The position numbers and the translations under genes were made by a program. A stretch of 64,000 bases of DNA from Bugula neritina (lineage: Eukaryota; Animalia; Bryozoa): contig OZ037765.1 of assembly GCA_964035545.1 (NCBI GenBank), forward strand, positions 1,240,001 through 1,304,000, given 5' to 3'. The notes beneath the pieces were generated by a model, which saw only the letters and a list, made by a program, of their open reading frames with translations, was not told where the DNA came from and did no database searches. This document shows positions 57,401 to 64,000 of the stretch, one piece after another; position 1 is the first letter of the stretch; each line of letters opens with the position of its first letter.

Positions 57401-60087
57401 TGGCTCCGTAATGATATTTCACTGTAAAATCAACTACAATTGTTTACAATTGTTTCAATAACATGAATTATTGCTTTTTCTTTCTAAGCTAGAATGTCTA
57501 TTGTGATTGCTAATCAGTTATATTCTTCAAATTCAAGCACACTTGGGTGTAATTTTGAAATTTGCTGGTAGTTGACTTCAATATGTCCTTGAACTTGCAG
57601 CAGGATGATGACGATGAGTTTGAAGACAACACTGACGAGTGCGTCATCTGCATGTCTGACATTCGGGACACACTCATCCTGCCCTGTAGACACTTGTGTC
57701 TCTGTAACGGCTGTGCTGATTCGCTGAGATACCAGGCTAACAACTGCCCCATATGTCGGGCGCCGTTCAGGGCCCTCCTCCAGATACGAGCCATCAGGAA
57801 AAAGGGGAGTAAACCAGACAGTGACACAACCAACGTGAGTGTAACTTAGTTAATTCTTATTTACCTATTGAAATATAACTCTAGATCAAGCTGAAGTGGT
57901 ATCGGTTTGAAGTTTCTATCACTGTGAGATCCCCTGAGCAGGCTGAGGGCTGCAGGACGGGGGGGGGGAGGTGGAGAATTAATTGGATGCTTTTTGTGAT
58001 GTCACCAACGGTCTTGCCATGTTGTTTCACTTTAGTCCAGTACTCTAGCCACAGCTGCTCCCTCCGTCAATCCTTTAGTGACTGATACAGAAATACCCCT
58101 CTCTCTCTGTATCCATCTGCTTATCTGTGTTTCTGTACACTCAGTAGGAGAGACACGCCGTTATTTAGCTGAATCTTACTTCATTTCTCTGTAAAGGGTT
58201 CGGATGAAGAAGATGAGGTGACAGTGAGCCAGCGGGGTGTGCCCTCAGGCTACGAGGCTATATCTTTGATAGAGGCGCTCAACGGCCCCTTTCCGTCAAG
58301 TGCTAAACCAGCAGATTCTAAGGCTCAACGAATTCAGTCTCAAGGTAATATAACTCAGCTATGATGTAGTATAACACAGCTATGATGTAATATAACTCAG
58401 CTATGATGTAATATAACTCAGCTATGATGTAATATAACTCAGCTATGATGTAATATAACTCAGCTATGATGTAATATAACTCAGCTATGATGTAATATAA
58501 CACAGCTATAATGTAATATTCTCAGCCATGATGTAGTATATGGATGTTATCCTATTTATTTCAACAGGTTCACTCAGGAGAAGTAAAAAATCTAAAAAGA
58601 AAGACCACAAAGGTGGGCGTTATGTATCAGTTTATGTGAATTAATTTGTGTTGTTTAGTTTTAGTTGTTTGTTTACACAGTGGTGCTAAAATATCTATAG
58701 AAATTGTTGATGATTTTATTCTGTCAGCTGTTTATGTCACATGATAGTTACCATTTCTGTGTCATAGTAACAACCTACTGTACGTATGTTGTCTATCCTA
58801 GGATCTCGAATGAATTTAAAAGATAAAAATAAAGACAAAGATTACATAGCCAGTGAGGAAAAAGAGGCGGAGTCTAAAGAAAAAGAGGCGGAGTCAAAAG
58901 AAAAGGAGGCGGAGTCCAAAGAAAAGGAGGCGGAGTCCAAAGAAAAGGAGGCGGAGTCTAAAGAAAATGATGCAAAGCAGAAGTAAGTGTAGAGGGCACC
59001 TGCCAGCACCTGTTTGATTAGAAAGTTAGAGGCATAAGGGTGTGCTCTATAGGAAGGTAGAAAGGCAGAAATATTACAGAAGTGTGATTCATGGAACAGT
59101 TTGTGCAGGTCAGGTCACTCGGTGCAATCTCAGTCTTGCTTAGATTCTGCACACACAATTATGCTTTTATGAAATTTGTTTTTCTCCAAGTAAGAAGTTG
59201 TCCTCCCTCTGCCCGGCAATGTGTCCAGTTGTTAGGTTTTATAAAGAAATTATTTGACCTCCAATTATCTCAGCTCATATAATGGACAGCCAATCCTTGT
59301 GGCGTTTAAACCAACCGTCGTAGTTGTTTCATCCTGAATTGTTTTTCTGAGTTGAGAACTTGTAGTCTGTGTTCTAACACGTGTCGTTTTGTTGTAGAGA
59401 CGATAATGAAGCTCAGGTTCCTCAGACTACAAAACACTCTTCAGGTAAGAAGGCTGAGGTGATAGGTTATGAATTTTGTATTATATTGTATTTTCTATAT
59501 TATAATAAGACAAACACTTTCACAACACATACTTCCCTCAAGATGTGTTGATATGAATGTCTTTACCTGAGTGTATATACAGCAATACTATGGCAGCTGT
59601 TGTGTTATATGAACTTGACTTTAGTTGCTGTTGTGTTATATGAACTTGACTTTAGTTGCTGTTGTGTTGTATGAACTTGACTTTAGCTGCTGTTGTGTTG
59701 TATGAACTTGACTTTAGTTGCTGTTGTGTTGTATGAACTTGACTTTAGTTGCTGTTGTGTTTTAGTTGATGAATCTCTCCCACCTAAATATGATGAGACT
59801 TCTATGCAGACGGTCAAGCCTTTAACTGGGGAGGTAAGTTTCTTCTTCTTCCAACTTTCCAGTTGATGTCCTTCGTTGTTGAAATATTAATTTCCTGTCG
59901 ACGACTTCCTTTACAGGTCAACGAGCAAACTGTCCCGCCCCTTCCTTCTCCTCCAAAAACTGCCGAGAGTGACCTTGACTCTGAGATGCTCGCCTCTTCC
60001 CGGACAACTACGACGCTGCCAGGCACTCCTGACCATGTCCTCGGCGATGACGCGAATGCTGCTGCCGGGTTAGGCCACTCCGTCTAA
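54486..60087 (+). CDS. MGRN1: Mahogunin/RNF157-family RING E3 ubiquitin ligase, multi-exon
   Basis: MGQIVS (myristoylation-like)..AYKWPPKAG|NYFGSHFIMGGERFD..FLFGENSDLNFLG; TLRSLVNIRKD; YILQEFYGIENK; RING CVICMSDIRDTLILPCRHLCLCNGCADSLRYQANNCPICR; PSGYEAISLIEALNGP. Confidence 0.95.
58345..58540. repeat. Intronic 21-bp minisatellite (GTAATATAACTCAGCTATGAT) starting at the splice donor
   Basis: ~9 units. Confidence 0.9.
58858..58965 (+). repeat. Coding 21-bp repeat (EKEAESK, 5 copies) in an MGRN1 exon
   Basis: Seen in ORF 58786-58986; exon bounded by TAG| and |GTAAGT. Confidence 0.8.
59596..59760. repeat. Intronic 31-bp minisatellite, ~5 copies
   Basis: GCTGTTGTGTTATATGAACTTGACTTTAGTT units. 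Confidence 0.9.
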
Positions 60088-63000
60088 TTTGAGAAGGGGC
60101 AGACAACTTCCACTTATCTCTATGAGCAGATGACTCTGAAAGAATAGTAATCTTTGGCTAATCCTAAACATTTTGGTGAAGGACACAACTCATATATAAA
60201 CGTTATGTTATCCACTGCATTTCTACTCTAAAGTAACTCACATATACTTAGAGAGGGCAACTCCCGTGTGTAAGTAGATGATATCAACTCTCGTACGCTA
60301 TGAATCACTTCCTGCTGCTGATGGCAAAGGTTGCGACACCAGCTGACATTTCACATGGCGTGGTTTGCAATTGCTTTGAGTAGCCGCAGCTCTTTATATT
60401 CTATACAAAATCTAACGCTGGCGATTCAACTTTAGCTATTTCTCCAGGGAATTATTAACCTTCATGCTTCTCTTGTACTCGGAAGGGACCATGTCTGGTG
60501 GCTTATATACTGGCCTCATTCTCCTTGAGCAGAGTTGCTCTATTTTATATTCTTAAGTATGTGTTACAGTATTATGAGACTTTCTATTCATGCCTTTTAT
60601 AAGGGATGCTGGTTTACTTATATTGAATATTCTGCTTGGCATTTATTACATAAATTGAAATATGGCATTGCGGTTTTGTTTTTCTATTTTTAAATTTAAA
60701 CTGGATTTAAGGGCTTTTTGCTCTTTGTATTCTTTTATTATTATAATTTTATTTTTATATTTTCAAGACTTATTAATATGTATTAAAAGACAATGGAATA
60801 TATATCTAGTTTTATACAATACAAATCTTGTTTTTATTGAATTTTTTCTTAAAATGCATCAGGTTTGGTTGGTGAATGATGGGCAAAATACAGAAGGTTT
60901 CATTTCAGTGGTTTCGTAGACTCATGTTATAAATTAGTCTTATTCCATGGGTCTGCAACTATCTACACTAAACATGCTGCGTACACATCATCAGGTTATC
61001 TAATAATATGCCTGTATGTTGCATAATGCTATAATAATGAATAGGTTACAGCAAAAGTGAGTTTCTACCATAGTAACTTTGAAGTGATGGCTATTAGCAA
61101 CGATCAAACCATGTTTCAATTCTTGGTTTCTAATTTCAACTAGTTAGATGTGACTAGTAATTAAATTTAAATTAATTCTTTACATTAACAAATTTTTCGC
61201 AACAGTGTTGAAACAAATGTTTTTACAAAACTTTCATTTTCACTATTATAAAAAAGTTTCCATCTGCTTATGAGATACAACTGATGCATCTGATATCTTT
61301 ACATATAAATAGTTGAAAAAAATCAATCGTAAACCTACACATGTACTTATGAATTGGTTTTAATTTAATTGAATGTTTTGTTCCAACAGTTCGAAGTGAA
61401 ATCATTCCCATGAGGCCAAACAAGACTAAAAGTTGCATTATTTCTGGGTATTTGATGTTAGCAGTGGCGAGATCTATAAATTGACGCACGCAATGCATTC
61501 TCATTGATTTTGTGATAAAGTGTGATTTTCCTAAGGCTAGCAGCATATAAAATTGTAGACAAACCATACTTTATGCATTGATTATTTGATTGTAAGCAGA
61601 GCTATAGTATAATAGTGTTAAAGTGAGAGAGAATTTGATACCTTCTATCTATTTACTATCAACAAATGATGGCTTTTGATGTCATGTTGATTTAGTAACT
61701 CGAGAAACTAATTCTTTGTTGAAATAAAATAAACTTTACTGAAATAATTGATTTAACAGGAAATGTAGTTCGGAATTATTTTAGTCGTTGCATGTGAGAG
61801 GTTTTTCAATTGACGTGAGCATATCAATTAATTGGAATCCTCAATGGTAACTCGTTGAATATAATAGCAGCTTCTAAATTTAAAGGTGTTAGAAAAATTG
61901 CTTGTTTTAGGGCCTCACGAAATTTTATACTAGAAACTAGATTATCTGCAGTATTATATACAACTGATATCTGCAGTATTGTGTACAACTGATATCTGCA
62001 GTATTATACTATATGATAGAAACTAACACTAAAGCAAAAAGAAAACTGAAAGAGAACTATGTTTCATTGAAATTCCTGCAATGATGAATAATTATATATA
62101 AAGGTAACTTTGAGGTTTTAGCACTTTGCAAAAGCACTTGTAAAAGCTTTCATATAAAATTTTAATAGGTCTAATTTGAGCCTAAAAGTAGAGTTCAATA
62201 AATTTAGAAAATATCCAGTTTTACCATCAACTTGTTTTATAAAAAGTGAAGCTAATGTGATACCTAACTGAAAATGCAGGTTTTATACCCAGATGCATTT
62301 GGAAAGTTGACTGGCTTTGGGATTAGCTTTAGAATCTAAAGAAGAAAGTATTTTGTTTACAAATATGATGCCGAACTCTCTTGTGGCATCAGAATGCAAA
62401 AGTTAGTTGTTGTTGAATCAATGAGTTATTTGTAGAGCTGTGAGTCAGGAGAGATTCCAGTGTAGTGAATCTGTGAAGGTGCTATACCTCTGGGTATGTG
62501 GGTGTTTCCCCAAGGGTCTGTGGGGGTGGTGTCCACCTGAAAGCAAAGACAATTACTTGCATATAATGTACTATAACTTGAATTTACGTCACAATATATT
62601 AATAGAATATTTTATTTCATTCAACCTTTTCATTGTGCTCTAGTTCTTCTTTTGTAAAGAAATTTGAAGTTATGCGTTGAAATTCTTACAAACATGCATC
62701 ATAAAATTATCTGTATATTATTTGCATGCAGAAAGATTTCGTATTTGCTTTCGCGTGCTGAAGCTTAAGTTTTCTGCAAGCTAAGGCTATAGTATCAAAA
62801 ACCATCGCGTATTGATTTGAACTCAGTAATGTTATAACTTTTATCAACTTGATTGCGTAATGAAATATCTTTAGCAGCACGTGTTATAATAACAACAAAC
62901 ACTGTGATCTAACGTTGACACTTGTTATTGTGATTTACTCGCAGCTGAATGCCTTTTGCACTTTGTCCCACCTTGAAAACGTTTTATTGATTGTACACAC

Positions 63001-63484
63001 GATTTTATTGTCCGGCATTGGATTAATTTGCATAACGCAGCATATAGCACATCACAAGCTTTTCCATGAAGAACGGACAAGGTGTTGGACTCGGACTGAA
63101 TGTTAAAATCATTTAGACTTTAATACGTTCATAGAAGTGGACCATTTCTACTTCATAGTAAGTATGGAACTCTATTAATAGCTCAATTAATCTATAGTAG
63201 AACTAGAAAGGCTTTAGCAATTCTTGAAAACAAAATATGTATTGGAAATCAAAATTTGAATTTTCAAATCAAGTGAACTCTACAGTAAATATTATTTTAT
63301 TGTTCTAACGTCTTTGTTTTAAATTTAATGCAGTCTCAAATTTTTTGCTTTCTGCGGTTTAGGTCAAATTTCACACTACTTTATGCTCTAACATACAAAT
63401 ATGTAAACACTCCAACACACAATGTAAAAATCAAAGCTGGCCCATAAACGGATAACCCCATTTTTGAGCAACAGCTGTTTTAGT

Positions 63485-63542
63485 GTTGCCAGGGTACATT
63501 TCCTAGTGAACAATTTTAATTACCATCGGTTACCATGGTTAC
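63485..63542. promoter_or_regulatory. X-box (RFX)-like motifs
   Basis: GTTACCATGGTTAC at 63529-63542 and GTTGCCAGGGTAC at 63485-63497. Confidence 0.3.
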
Positions 63543-64000
63543 TAGCAAGTGATTTTTGCCAGGAGGTGGCTCTGTATTAAATAAGGTAAACCAGACAGGA
63601 GTTGGTGATGTCATCAAGTACAAGTGTTGACTTGATATTTGGACTCAGACTGAATCTTACCAGAGAAATATGGAGATTGTGTTTATTCAGATTCTGTCTA
63701 CGTGGTCGCCCGCAGTGTCTAGAATTAAATTCAATTGCAGAAGAATTAAAATAATGCAATGATTGAGTTTTGCTTTATCTCTTAAAGCGTTACCTTATCA
63801 CTAATCTCACAGATGATTATTGTAGTATCTTCATAGGTGTGTTCTAAAATCTAGAAGATGAAAATTTTCAAATAGGTAAAAAATTTTTTGATGACTTTTG
63901 GTTCCGAGCTAGAATATTGCATGTACCTTCATTTACATGTAATATATTTGCAATATAATTGTAATATATTTGTAATATAATTGTAAATTGAGTATTGGAG

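Overview
AT-rich, intron-dense animal (invertebrate-type) genomic DNA; the species cannot be determined from the sequence. Spliced host genes reconstructed by eye: RUVBL2 (+, 767-5107); an unnamed EGF-repeat single-pass membrane protein (+, ~7273-9488); SEC23IP/DDHD2-type phospholipase A1 (-, 9801-25066); TIA1/TIAL1 (-, 26425-30474); FLACC1/ALS2CR12-like coiled-coil protein (+, 32021-42593); intronless QNG1/C9orf64 (+, 43522-44568); UBALD (-, 49984-53936) head-to-head with MGRN1/RNF157 (+, 54486-60087). SEC23IP intron 1 carries a near-intact, young Ty3/Gypsy LTR retrotransposon (16908-24403, minus strand). It has 306-bp LTRs differing at 2 positions, a GTAG target-site duplication, a tRNA-Leu primer-binding site, gag, and a -1-frameshifted pol. 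The most striking observation is a third ORF in the env position that is not an envelope. It encodes a C2H2/C2HC zinc-finger, Arg/Ser-Pro-rich, coiled-coil protein with no ATG of its own before the fingers. It is preceded by a TACTAAC branch point and a TTTTTCAG acceptor that joins in frame to a donor 43 nt into gag, predicting a spliced subgenomic mRNA for a 276-aa nuclear accessory protein. Many introns contain minisatellites, several of which duplicate splice sites. All gene models are manual and untested.
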